Shown here in pieces: positions 11,760-23,296 of a stretch of DNA of 47,623 nt (position 1 is its first letter; every line of letters starts with the position of its first letter). Made by a program: the position numbers and the translations under genes. The notes below the pieces were generated by a model, which was not told where the DNA came from, did not search any database, and worked only from the letters and a program-made list of their open reading frames with translations. The stretch lies in the NCBI RefSeq assembly GCF_001194135.2, contig NC_068998.1, forward strand, positions 32,183,106 through 32,230,728, given 5' to 3'. Source of the stretch: Octopus bimaculoides (Eukaryota).

Positions 11760-12785
11760 CTTTCTTTACAAGAGGAAGGAAATACGCGACTATAATAGTC
11801 AACTTTGCATCAGAAGAGGAGGCGAAAAATGGATGATAATAGACTGATACTGGGTGAGAAATGGACGTTGGTGCTGAACTGTTTGGGCAAAAGAATTGTA
11901 AGAGTCAGGGTGGGAAGAATCCCACCGTTGATAGACCCAGAATGGGTAATAGTCGCAATATTTGATTCAGAGCTGGTGAAGGGAAGTGAAAACCTGAGCA
12001 TTTGCATAGAAAGCAGAACTCAACAATTGAATTGCTGGTGATATGGTATTGAAGTAATTTGCGCAGTAACCCCAGAATATTACGACGAAATGGTGGAAAC
12101 TGCGGAATTACCAGATGGGGAAAAGCTGTAAGTAATGTTGGAGGGGAGACCCCCAAAATGTTACGGATGCAGTGAAAGAGGGCACCTGAGAAGGAAATAC
12201 CTTAGAGTAACAGTAGAAATGATGGAAGAGAGTGTACAGGAAGATACAGTGGTGGAAAAAACGCAGAAGCAGAGAACAGAATATGATGGCAATTTGGCGG
12301 AGATAAAACCCAGGAAAAGAGAGAGAAGAAAGTCACCGACGACAGTGGAATTGAAGAAGTGTAAAGAAATGGAAGAATAAACTCAACCCACGACAAGAAA
12401 CAGAGAAAACTTACCAGAGAAAGTACCAGCAAAAGAATTAAAAGGACAGAGTCATGCAGACCAGAAACATGACAACTCAGAAGTACGGAAACCTAAAAAC
12501 ATAGACACACAGATGAAACAAATAGAGTTACTGTCAAACGAACACACAAACACACAGACTTAGTGACGAAGATACAAGAACTCACAAAACAGCAGGAAAA
12601 TAGAAACAAAAAGAGACAACATGAAAAATACAAACAAAAGGAAAATCATAGTGAGATAGGATACCCAACGTAAAGGAGTGTAAGAGTGACAGACATTGTG
12701 AGAGACAGAAGAGGTAAGTCGATTGTAACTCAGAAAATATTTATTTGAACTTTTAAGGAAAAAAAAAAAGAAAAAAGAAAAACAA
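11760..12785 (+). mobile_element. Tx1/L1-like LINE ORF1 relic ending in an A-rich tail
   Basis: RIVRVRVGRIPPLIDPEWV and VMLEGRPPKCYGCSERGHLRRKY (decayed CCHC knuckle), in-frame stops, a K/E-rich tail and an A-rich run at about 12757-12783. Confidence 0.7.
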
Positions 12786-13329
12786 GTCATCTGGTAAGTG
12801 TCAAATGACTACGTTTCCAAAATGTTTTTTTTTAAATAATGTGATATACATTTGGTTGACTTAGGGAAAATAAGAAGTAAATCCTGTTTGAACATTTATT
12901 TAAAAGGTGTAATTATAGGGCGAAAGCAAAAAGGGAAGTTTCACTTCGGAGAAGCTAGAGGTTGTGTAATAAGTTAATGGTAAAGGAATACATGGTTTCA
13001 TCTCGCAACGAGAGCGAGATGGCCGGTTCATTTGCATTGTAAATATATTCATTTCACATCCATCGTTCATATGTTTTATGTTCCCGCATGTCTTTGTATG
13101 TCCCCTCTGTAATTAGGCCTTGTGCCTGTAATAAAGAATTAAGCTAGCAAGCCACGCCTTTTTCTTCTGTGACACATTGTTGTCTTCATTTTGCTACCCT
13201 GCGTTATATGAGTTCGTTTCTGTCTGTTTCTTGTACATTTGTCTTATCTGTGAAATACCTTAACTGAATTTGAACTGTTGTCTTTTGACAAACGGTGATT
13301 TTCGCCCTGTGGGGCAGAAAATTTCTGTT

Positions 13330-14210
13330 AATTTTGATTGAAAATTTTAGATTTAGCAATCAGCTAAGTTTAGATTGGACAAGAATAGAGGGTGATTTAG
13401 TTAAGAACCTAGACGAGGCTATGGAATCTGGCTCGCCATCTAGAGTGCTGGCAGCGAGAATGGTCTTGTACTGACACCTCAATTCCAATCATGAAGGTTG
13501 CAGAGTTAGAGCTAAGCTGTGTGCAGGGAAACGAGAAGGTATTAATGTTGCCGGATGGGAGCATCGTGTGGAGAGTCAGAGAGGTAAAAATGCCTCTATA
13601 AAGTCTTTAACTGGTGAACAGGGGCGCAAGATCCAAGCAAGGGGCATAGTATTAAAAATTACAGGCCCATAACTCTACTTAATGTAGAGTTAAAGATTTT
13701 GGCCAAGGTTTTAGTGAAAAGGTTGACGGCTGTCGTGGAGAAACTTGTCGGAAAGGTGCAAACTTGTGCCATCCCTGGCAGGTCGATCCAGGATAATCTT
13801 CACCTTATTCGCTACACCTTAGACAGGGTTGGTACATTATCCGGCAAAGGTGGGGCAATGGTCCATTTAGACCAAAGTAAAGCATTTGATAGGGTAGACC
13901 ATTGGTACCTGGCAGAGGCCCTCGAAGCAGCTGGGCTGGGCCCGGGCTTTCACGGGTGGATCTCCGCTATGTTCAGCGGCATCAAGTCCACAGCCCAAGT
14001 GTGTTGACTTGCTTCAGTAGGTTCTCTTGAACCTTGTGGTGTGCAACCAATTAAGACACTTGGTGTTGAATTGATTTTTCCCCCTCTTTTTCCTTTTTGT
14101 TCTCTCCTGGTTTTGGATTTGTAATTTTTGTGTTTTGTATTATATAAGTATCTTATACATACATGTTATATTCCAATAAAAAAAATATGTATTGTAAAAA
14201 TAAAAAAAGT
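13330..14210 (+). mobile_element. Tx1-like LINE ORF2 fragments (internally deleted) plus 3' tail
   Basis: HEGCRVRAKL and NYRPITLLNVELKILAKVLVKRL...QTCAIPGRSIQDNLHLIR...LDQSKAFDRVDH (RT N-terminal motifs); AATAAA and an A-rich end at about 14175-14208. Confidence 0.85.
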
Positions 14211-14699
14211 GAATACATTTAGTTATACTTAGCAATGCACAGAAGAAACATTTGGGAGTTCATAATCAAATAACAACTTTGACAGACAAATACTAAATCA
14301 TATTCTATAGAAATGTAATTTTATTGATAGGTTGGGCTGCACCATAACCCCACATTAAAATGATAGAACATTTTATCATGAATAATGACCTCTAGTTAAC
14401 CCTGTGCATCTGAGTTATTTAAAGCTAATCACAGAAATCTTTACGCTATTGACATTAGCATCAGTAAAACACAGATCTTTTTGTTTTTTACTAGGAAACT
14501 CTTTGTGATATATTCCATCCACCGTCTCTTTATATCAACATTAGAAATTTCTTAGAGAGAGAAAGTAAATTTGATTGATCTAATCGCATGGCTGGTGAAT
14601 TTAGCTTTGCCAAAATCCGAATTCATAATTAAGGCCATTTTAGTCTACTTTGTCACCTTTTGCATGTTAGAATATTCACGTTCTTTTCTTGTATTTGTT

Positions 14700-14815
14700 G
14701 TACGAGAGAACTGTAATGCGGGGAAATAAGATATGGTCCACCTACCTTTTCATTGTTGGCTGTCCAGCTCTACTAAGTATAAAAAACATGTGCCCTACCC
14801 ATCACACCTAATGTT
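14700..14815 (-). repeat. 3' LTR remnant
   Basis: Roughly 80% identical direct repeat of 20083-20196; exact TG...CA termini and TSD not resolved. Confidence 0.75.
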
Positions 14816-16108
14816 TGCAGTTGCAGCTACCAATTTCACTAGGTCGTTCCACTGATGTCCATTTATGGTGAATACACCAGGCTGAAAGAGGATGAGCCTC
14901 GTCTTGCTTCCCTCATTTCCTCTCTCCCCACTCCTGTTCCAGTCAGGCTCCTTGACCATTGACATCATAACCCTTTCCTTCTGGCTCATCTCATCCCACA
15001 TGCACCCCTGATCTCAAAGATCACCTCCTCACTTCGCTCTATGTCAAAATCTGCCATCCACTTAGGTGGACACCACACATGCTGTAATTTCTGTAGGGAG
15101 GGAGCCTCATTTACGAACATCCAAGATGTGACGCAGCATTCCATTCTCAGAAACAGTATTTTTAGAATTAACATCCATCACTGTTCCTCTGTTCCACTGA
15201 GATGTGCAGTGTGCCTTCGGGGGCTTGACCCAGACTTCCACCTCCACAAAGACAGGCCCTCTCTCTTCCACAGGGCATTCTAATGGTTTACTTGCATGCC
15301 ACCATTCATATCTGAATATTACTCAGTGTGGCATGGACTCTTCAGCCTCTCCTGATCGGGGTGACATATTGTACCAGAATATTGCTTTCAGTGGTGAGAT
15401 GTGCCCTCTCTCTGCTATGCCCTTGATCATTCAATGATGTCTCTGCTGTATGCTACTCTGAATAATTGGTATACGTTCCACTTATGAAGCATCTCCTTCA
15501 GTATCTCCAAATGAAATGCAATGCCATTGACTAACAGCAATTCCAGGAATATCTTGTTAAGGATATGTGCAATCTCGTCTGAAGTGCCTGTCTTCATTTC
15601 CCTCCAAATGGCCATCTAATCTGGCCCACAGTCAACCATCCTGCTGGTAGTGTGTCACATCCACCACCAATCATCTCCAGTTGTGCTCTACTGAGATGCT
15701 TCCCTGCTCATGCATACTCAGGGCAGGGTCGATGGATCGACATCTGTCACTGTTCCTTACCACATTTTGGATGCTCTGTCTAGTAACATTGGTGTCAATC
15801 CTCCTTGCAAGATAAAGGGTTCTATCCATGCCCATATGATGCATGCATACATGCAGTCTCCTAAGTTCTGAGTCACTTAACTGACATACTGCAGCTATCC
15901 CCTGCTTTGAATCTTCTGGCTCTACTAACCAGGTTTTTTTCACCCTGGTTAGAATGTCTGCCTTGTTCCTTTCTGAAGGCACAAAGACCACATTCAGTTT
16001 CAAACAAAATTCAGCAGCTAGCTCTCCTAGAACCTCTAGAACATCCCTGTAGCCCTTATTTACATTATTTACATTTGATGGATATTTGTCCTCATCTTGT
16101 TTGTTGTT

Positions 16109-16154
16109 AGCGCAAAGTTTTGGCTGATATACCCTCCAGCCTTCTTCAGGTGTC
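16109..16154 (-). ncRNA. Minimal type I hammerhead ribozyme relic (copy 1, probably inactive)
   Basis: GACAC-CUGAAGA-A-GGCUG-gaggguauau-CAGCC-AAAAC-UUU-GCGCU; G12 to A, cleavage-site region and stem I mutated. Confidence 0.6.
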
Positions 16155-16222
16155 TTGGGGAAATTTCAAACCTGGGTTCTCATTCCTAAGATATTTTTCG
16201 ATGTTATTAATATTATTATTTT

Positions 16223-17312
16223 ATGTTTGATTTTTGTTTTACATTTGTACAAGTTGGCTCCAAGTCTCACCCAGAGACCTCAAGAGACAACAAGTTAGAA
16301 GTTCATGTTGGTATTATGCCTAGGGTGCCATATATTTGNNNNNNNNNNAGACAACAAGTTAGAAGTTCATGTTGGTATTATGCCTAGGGTGCCATATATT
16401 TGGTTTTGTACATAGTGTTGTTCTAGAGATTGTTTAAGAAACCATAAGAAAATTATGCGTTTGTTTTAAAACTTGAGATTACACAGAAAGTATTTTGCAT
16501 AGGATATGGGCAGTTCCCATGAGCACTATCTTTTGAATTTCTGTCATTTTGGGGTTTCCTGGTATCTGAGCTAGGTACCAATCAGCCCCTTTTGCTATCA
16601 TTCCCAGAGCACCTATGACAACAGGTATTGTTTTAGTCTTCAGGTTCCACATTTTACTAATTTCTATTTCAAGATCTTTATACTTGCTCAGTTTTTGGTA
16701 GGTCTTGACAGATACGTTTATATTGATTGATACAGTCATATCAATGAGGAGGTGCGATTTTTGTCCGAAGTCTTTCAATATGATGTCTGGCCTATTTGCA
16801 TCTATCTATCTGTCAGTTTGAATGGTGAAGTTCCAGAAGAGTAAGATGTGATCATTTTCAAGCACTGGAGGTGGTTTGTGTTCCCACCAGTTTTTATCAT
16901 GGGGCAAGTTCAGGTTTTTGCAAATTACCCAGTGACTATATTGTGCAGCTCTTTCATGCCTATTGAGATACTCTGTAGGTGCAAGAAGACTGCACTTGGA
17001 GACAACATGATCAATGGTTTCATTTTGTTGTTCACATACATGACATGTTGAGAAGCTACCATTTTTTGATATGTGGGCCTGGTAGTTCCTTCTAGGTAGG
17101 CATTGATCTTGGGCTGCTATGATAAACCCTTCTGTTTCAGATTTTAAGCCAGAGGCCATTAGCCATTGATGGGTTAGGGCTTTATCAACATCGGCATTAT
17201 TTGCTCTCATTGGGTATTTACTATTGAGAGGTTTTTCTTGCTATTTATCAGTATGAATATCTAAGGCAGCAGTTTTAGCACGGGTTTTCATGTGCTTAGC
17301 TTTTTCTGCGCT
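16223..17312 (-). mobile_element. 5'-truncated Dong/R4-clade non-LTR retrotransposon (restriction-like endonuclease C-terminus)
   Basis: LKSETEGFIIAAQDQ, a CHVC...ETIDHVVSKC zinc knuckle, LFWNFTIQTD, LIDMTVS and KLSKYKDLEIEISKMW...IPVVIGALG; flanked on both sides by (AAT)n. Confidence 0.9.
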
Positions 17313-17347
17313 TTATTATTATTATTATTATCATTATTATTATTATT

Positions 17348-17503
17348 GTTCGGGTCACTGCTTGGAATTGAACTCGGAATCTTGGAGTTAGTAGCCTGTG
17401 CTCTTAACCACTATGCCATGTGATTGGGCATATGGCGTAGTGGTTAAGAGCGCAGGCTACTAACCCCAAGATTCCGAGTTTGATTCCAAGCAGTGACCTG
17501 AAC
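17348..17503. repeat. Head-to-head palindrome of a tRNA-derived Pol III head (75-bp arms, 6-bp spacer)
   Basis: A box TGGCGTAGTGG and B box GAGTT(C/T)(G/A)ATTCC on each arm; 7 mismatches in 75 bp. No acceptor stem, so not a tRNA gene. Confidence 0.9.
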
Positions 17504-17608
17504 AACAACAATAATAATAATGATAATAATAATGATAATAATAATATTAATAATAATAACATAGAAAAATACCTTAGGAATGAGAATCCAAGTTTGAAAT
17601 TTCCCCAA

Positions 17609-17651
17609 GAAACCTGATGAAGGCTGGAGGGTATATCAGCCGAAACGTGTT
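17609..17651 (+). ncRNA. Minimal type I hammerhead ribozyme relic (copy 2, probably inactive)
   Basis: CUGAUGA-A-GGCUG-gaggguauau-CAGCC-GAAAC core is intact, followed by GUGUU; 3 nt shorter than copy 1 at the cleavage triplet, and stem I 5' strand reads GAAAC instead of GACAC. Confidence 0.65.
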
Positions 17652-20082
17652 AACAACAAACAAGATGAGGACAAATATCCATTGAATGTAAATAATGTAA
17701 ATAATATACATAGTTCCTCATCTCTTAAATATAGAACTGTATCCCATCCCTGTAGCCCCTTTGGTTCGAATCCTCTTTTCATTGGTGATCATTGATCCTA
17801 TCCACCCAGGCACAATGGCTGAATCGGTTCGGATTTTGATGGAATGCAGCTCCCATTTCAGGGCCAGATTCACCCGCTTCAGCACTGCATTCAACTCAGC
17901 CATGTTGATATAGTTGTAATCATCTGCTATTCAAAGCCAGGCCACTTCGTCCACTGCAATACCTCCAACTTCCAGTCCAACCCCTATCACTATTCACCTA
18001 GCATCACACCATTCGGTCCCATTGTCCAATTTGGGCACGTGCCAGTTTCCTCTAACTGGGTCTTCTGTTCTTGTCCTCTCTAGGATCTTCCACATCATCA
18101 TCATCGTGCCCTCTCCCACTTTGTCTTCCCAGTTTGCCCTGCTTGCTCATCTCTTGATGCAGCTGCACACTGTACGTAGCCACCCTGCAATTGGGCAGTG
18201 ATCCACTAGTCTCCCACACATTGAGAATAGTTCTCTCCTGCTGATGCTGGTACCCAGTTCCAGGATCTCATTCCTCCTACTTCGAAATACCAGCGAGCCT
18301 GTTTTATCTCTTTGAAGCTTGAGCCCCAGTATAGTTCCTGCAACCATTAGCTTCAGTGGCTTCACAATCAGCCCAAACTTCTTGAGATGACTTACAACCT
18401 CTGTGCCAGACACTACAGTCTCATCAACCAAGATGTCATCTATATAGGAATTGGTGGTCTTTCCTATCCCGTCTCCCTTTCCCAGAATAGACTCGAGCAC
18501 TGTCATCATGATATTCAGCACAGAATTTAGTCCCAAACCCAGCCTAGTCAAACAGTATGTCTGGCCCTTATATTGCACCAGCTGATACTGCTACAGTTTC
18601 TCTCTCACATGGAGTTGCAAATATGCTGACTTCAAGTCGACAATCATTGTTACCCTCATCATCTGTCTCCATTGTACAGTGTCTCACTGCAACCGTCCAT
18701 TACTTCTCCACCCATGTGGCACAATACATTGCCATTCATCTCTCGAAAGTCTAGTAACGACCTGACCTTGCCTTTTGTTAGCTGTACTACTACCATTAGT
18801 GGTAGCACTTCGCTCACCACCTCCCCCTTCCACAGGATAAGGACATCTTCCCGAATCCACCACTCTATGTCTCCTTCAAACTCACCTGGTATGTCCTTTC
18901 AAGGTATGCTGGTAGCATCTCCACCTGTTCCCCAGCATTGGGGGCTCCCCTTTCCAGTGCTACACTACCATCCACTGCTGACTGTTGAACAACATCTGAA
19001 AATCTTTATCCTCAATGGTGTAAGCAGTAGAGTCCCTCATGGAACTATGCTCCTTCTCATGTTGCAGATTCATGATGCATGACGCCCCTGCATCACCAAA
19101 TGAAACCACATTTCTGCCAACACTGACACCTCCAAGGTGGTTGATTACATCAATTCCATCTATCACATGGTCAATCACAATCGTCTACAGCCACAGTGTT
19201 GTGCCCTGCACCACTATCTTCACATCGCTGCTACCCTTACATCCAATTTCACTGCCATTGACCACCTGAACACTACTTGTTCCGTTCCATTTTTTTTTTT
19301 TGTCACCCTCAGTGTCATGAGAAATGTCATACAGCCTGTATCCATGAGGGCTTTGAATGCCTTTCCGCCAGCCAAGACTTTAACTATGGGTAGCAACTGC
19401 ACAAGCACCTCTAATCACTCATGGGGGAACTTTGAGAAGCAGAAACTTCCTTGCATTCTTTTCCCTGGCTGCTATTTCGAGTGATATGTCCAGTCTGCCT
19501 GCACTAGCAAAGAGGTCCAGGCTTGAAGCACTGACCCATGAACAGTAGATGTTGCTCCATGGTTGTTTTCTTGTTCTTTACCAGTCATTGCACTACAACA
19601 CGGGCTTCAGCAGTTGCCATCGCCACTGCCTGGTGTTTTGTGTCGACACGTGGGCTTGAACGATAAGCTCACTCATCACCATTTTCTTGCTGCCTGGCAG
19701 TCACTGGGAAAGCAATTTATGAAGGCCAGTCATGCTGCCTTCTCTAGACCCTCTCTGATAAAACCAGATAATATGACAAGTCTCCAAACCTCTGTGGCAT
19801 ATCCATCGACCTGTTCCCCTTTCCACCTGATCATTCCCAGCTTAGCAAATGCAGCATACGTTTCCTCCGCATAGGCTTCCTTCAAGCACTACTTGATCTT
19901 CGCTACACTCAATTTGTCTTCCTTGTCACTACCTTGATCTTACGGATCCAGGCCACTACATCTCCTTTGCCATAGAAAGTCTAATGGCATTGCTGCTGAT
20001 CCTTATCTTTGCTGCCATCTTGTGGAAGGAGACAACAACAATGGAAAAATACATTTATACACAAGTACCAAAATAGCTTCTA

Positions 20083-20196
20083 GTATGAGAGAACTGTAAT
20101 GTGGAGAAATAAGATACGGTTCCCCTACTTTCTCGTTGTTGGCTGTCCAGCTGCACTAAATCCAAAACACGTGCCCTACTCGTTGCACCAAATGTT
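20083..20196 (-). repeat. 5' LTR remnant
   Basis: Direct repeat of 14700-14815, lying upstream of the gag ATG (about 20019) on the minus strand. Confidence 0.75.
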
Positions 20197-21272
20197 GGAA
20201 TTTCTGTTTTGATAGGGAATTTTTCAAATTCTTTTTCACCACAGCCTTTGAAATGATCATTTCACTCATTTGACTGTGGCCATGCTGGGACACTGCCTTG
20301 AAGAATTTTTAGTTGAATGAATCGACCCCTTTTGAAAAATTTATGATTTTTTCACCTCATCCCCTCACTACCACGCTCCTGACTGATTTTGACCAGTTTT
20401 TTTTACACTATGCACTTAAAAAAACTTTGGGAGAAGCCTTTTCAGTAAAAAAAAATATATATAAAAATTTTCAGACAAAAAAGTGTGTGATTTAAGGGAG
20501 ACTTGGCTGTTGTTTCTAGCATATCCCACGACCACCTTCATCATTTCTTTGTCACTCTCAATATTTTTCTCCCCTTAAACACATTTTATGGTTTGATGTG
20601 GGAGTAACACACATGCGGTACATTGCTGGAATATAAGCATAAAAAAGAAAGAAATTGTAATTTAAATTTTTATGCCCCCTCCCCACTGAATCAAGCAAGG
20701 CTGTGTGCATGTAAGAAAAACCATATATGCTATTAAAATAAATTATCTTTTACATACCTCTTTTTTAAAATCACTGGATAAATCCCAGTAATGACCTCAG
20801 GCTCTCCAATATTTTAAAATTATAAACAGAAATAATTGGGGGAAGTGTTGTAAAAAAAACTATAAATTTTCAAATATTTTTTTTATTAGAATAAATGTGT
20901 TTATGGGAAAAAATATTGAAAAACATCAATACATGTGAGGGTTACAAAGAAATGTGGAAGCTGGTCTTGGGATGTGTTAGAAACAACAACCAAATCTCCC
21001 TTAAATTATACACCTTTTTGTCTGAAAATATTTACAATTTTGTTTTTTTTACTAAAAATGCTTCTCCCATGGTTTATAAGAGCGTAGTACTAAAATATTG
21101 ATTGAAATCAGTCTGGAGGGTGGTTGTAAGGTGGGGTGAAGTGAAAAAGAATCATAAATTTTTCAAACTTTTTTTTTCATAAAACGATACCCCTCCCTAC
21201 TATCATTTCAATGGCTATGGTGAAAAAAAAAATGAGAAAATTCCCCATCAAAACAGAGAAATTCCAACTTAT
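20195..21272. mobile_element. Old foldback or large MITE with long imperfect inverted arms
   Basis: 20195-20250 matches the reverse complement of 21200-21272, and 20331-20545 matches the reverse complement of 20945-21170 (about 75-80% by eye). A SINE fragment at about 20255-20325 interrupts the left arm. Confidence 0.75.
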
Positions 21273-22753
21273 GTGAACATCCTGATTCAAAATTCCACCC
21301 AAATGCCATGCTGGTTTGATTGACACAGCAAGGTGGAATATTGGCACTAAAACATTGGTAACTACATATGTGTTTGCATGCATTATAACCTTTTGATAAT
21401 GTAAAAATTGTATCACATATTTATATGACAGCCTTGCTTCTAATCTCTGTCAGAACTGGGCACAAATGGCTCCAAAATTCAAGTATAGAATCAAATAGCA
21501 CCAAGGAGGTATGGGGTAACAGGATTAAAATCTCTCATCTCCTAAATTTTTGTACTTGATTTTCTGATGGGCAGATTTGTTTATATTTATAGTTCTTTTG
21601 TGTTGAGTTTTGTGTTATTCAAAATGATCATTATTCATAATGACAATTGATATCTTTGGCAGCAATGTGGCATTTTCCTTCTTTTATTTTATATAGCCAC
21701 AATATTTATTATTGTTGTTGTTGTATAGATCCAGGTCAACCTTTACAAGGCCAACTTATAGATAGCAGTTTAATCAGTTACGTGAAGTGAAATCCATAAA
21801 TTCATTGTTCTTGTTATTCCATGTATGAGATGGGGTAATGGACTCTGACATGAACTGCTTTGTCATATAATATGTTGAGATATCTTTTTTTTACCAGTGT
21901 CTGGTTTGATTTTATATATCAGTGAATTCTGTTGGTTATCACTGAAAAGGTTAATATGATCTTGGTCCAAGTCAGATTATAACAGCTGCTGTTCTGTTGC
22001 ACTTAACACTGGTGGTGCTGATCCAGGCTTATTGCATGTATAAATGTTATTCATAGTAGTTTTTGTCTTCTGTGTATGTATTGCATGTTCGTATTGTTAA
22101 GTATGATGGTTGGTTGTAATTGATATTCTTTGGTGTTGCTGGTAAGGAGTGATGATGGATTTTGATGTTGATGATACAGTTCTTTACTTAATTGATCAAT
22201 TATGAATAATTTCTTGTTTTATTTTATTCAATGTTGTACTTCCTGAATTTCTAAAATTTGCATGAAGCATATATTGAATTTAATTATGTCTACATCTTTT
22301 GAATAAGAAAAATACCTGATATATGCACAACAAGGTGTAAATTGCTGTGCTTCCTGCAATGAATAAGAAACGCTTTTGTAATAACAACATATGTGTTTAG
22401 CAAACTCAGCAACTCACCACTATTGCAGTTCCTTGGCATGGCAATTTTCTTACATTTATAATTTCCCAAATGACCATTAACTCCTATGACTAATCCTTCA
22501 CCTAGGAAGACACTGATATTGTTAGTGTCTCATACAGTTAGTCTTTCACATAACCACCCATATAGCCTGATCACCTGTTTGCTTAGTTGCTCAAATGCTG
22601 AATCACTCACATACTTAATCGTTTACATGGCTAATTAGTTAGTACTAGGATTACATCATTGCAAGCCATCTCAAATATTTGTGGAAGGAAAATGACTAAG
22701 TAGATATAGGAATGGGTTACCAGCTTATTCACCTTCTGTTCAAAACTGTTTTA

Positions 22754-23025
22754 TGAGGGTTGGCTGAAAAGTTCATAGCCTTACCAAGATACTGTCATGC
22801 AATATTGGGGGTAGGGTGGGTGGGTTTTGGCTATACCTCTTTTCTGCAGATATTTGGTAACATCATGGTGCCAAATTTTGTCCCTTTTCAAGAGAAGTCG
22901 CTACTAGTTCCTTTTACTTGGAAAGAAACAATGCAGTTATTAATAAGAAAAGTTGAAATTAATGCATGCAAGATTTCATTACCACTCTTTTATAATCAGC
23001 CTATTAACTTTTCAGCCCACCCTTT
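22754..23025. mobile_element. Mariner-derived MITE (272 bp)
   Basis: TIRs 'tgagggttggctgaaaagttcatag' and 'ctattaacttttcagcccacccttt', with TA at 22752-53 and 23026-27. Confidence 0.85.
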
Positions 23026-23296
23026 TACTCATTGTGTCTTCAGGTCATAGCTTTAATTCTTCATATCTCAGTTGTCCAAGTTTATGTAGATGCACATTAT
23101 TTGTGGCATTAAATTTTTGATGCCAGGTTATCTGCTAATGATACTTGTCATCAAACTATAATGGCAAAAGTAATGACATGAAAATTATTGCCTTAATACT
23201 GAAGTAGTAATCTTTAAAAGCCTCTTGGAGTTGGAGGCTTTACATTTATATTGTGAACCTCCTGTGTATAGCTTGGCAAGTATATATAAGTCTAGT

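Larger units (their letters stand above)
16056..17744. mobile_element. Composite palindromic insertion (tRNA-head/(AAT)n/hammerhead unit as head-to-head dimer) with 14-bp TSD
   Basis: TSD 'catccctgtagccc' at 16042-16055 and 17745-17758. Inverted arms 16056-16205 versus about 17557-17706, and 17348-17422 versus 17429-17503. Confidence 0.85.
14700..20196 (-). mobile_element. Decayed Gypsy-type LTR retrotransposon (gag-PR-RT-RH-INT), interrupted at 16056-17744
   Basis: On the minus strand: gag with a knuckle relic C*CRQTGHITRN, protease ALMDTG (19220-19408), RT DLKSAYLQ...YIDD (18147-18700), RNase H ELNAVLK...RTDS and VVFVPSERNKAD, integrase HH-CC-type region and core (15250-15950). About 115-bp direct repeats at both ends. 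Confidence 0.92.

Noticed and set aside
16287-16402. Direct repeat of about 52 bp on either side of the 10-N gap
   Set aside because: Typical unmerged contig overlap at a scaffold gap, not biology.
17429-17503. tRNA gene call
   Set aside because: A and B boxes are present but the acceptor stem does not pair; it is a tRNA-derived SINE head.
17609-17651. Claim of an active ribozyme at this locus
   Set aside because: The cleavage triplet is deleted and stem I is weakened here; the other copy lacks G12. Only the reconstructed consensus looks competent.
14690-20205. Exact LTR termini, PBS, PPT and TSD of the Gypsy element
   Set aside because: The direct repeats do not end cleanly in TG...CA and the flanks share no 4-6 bp duplication, so these are not claimed.
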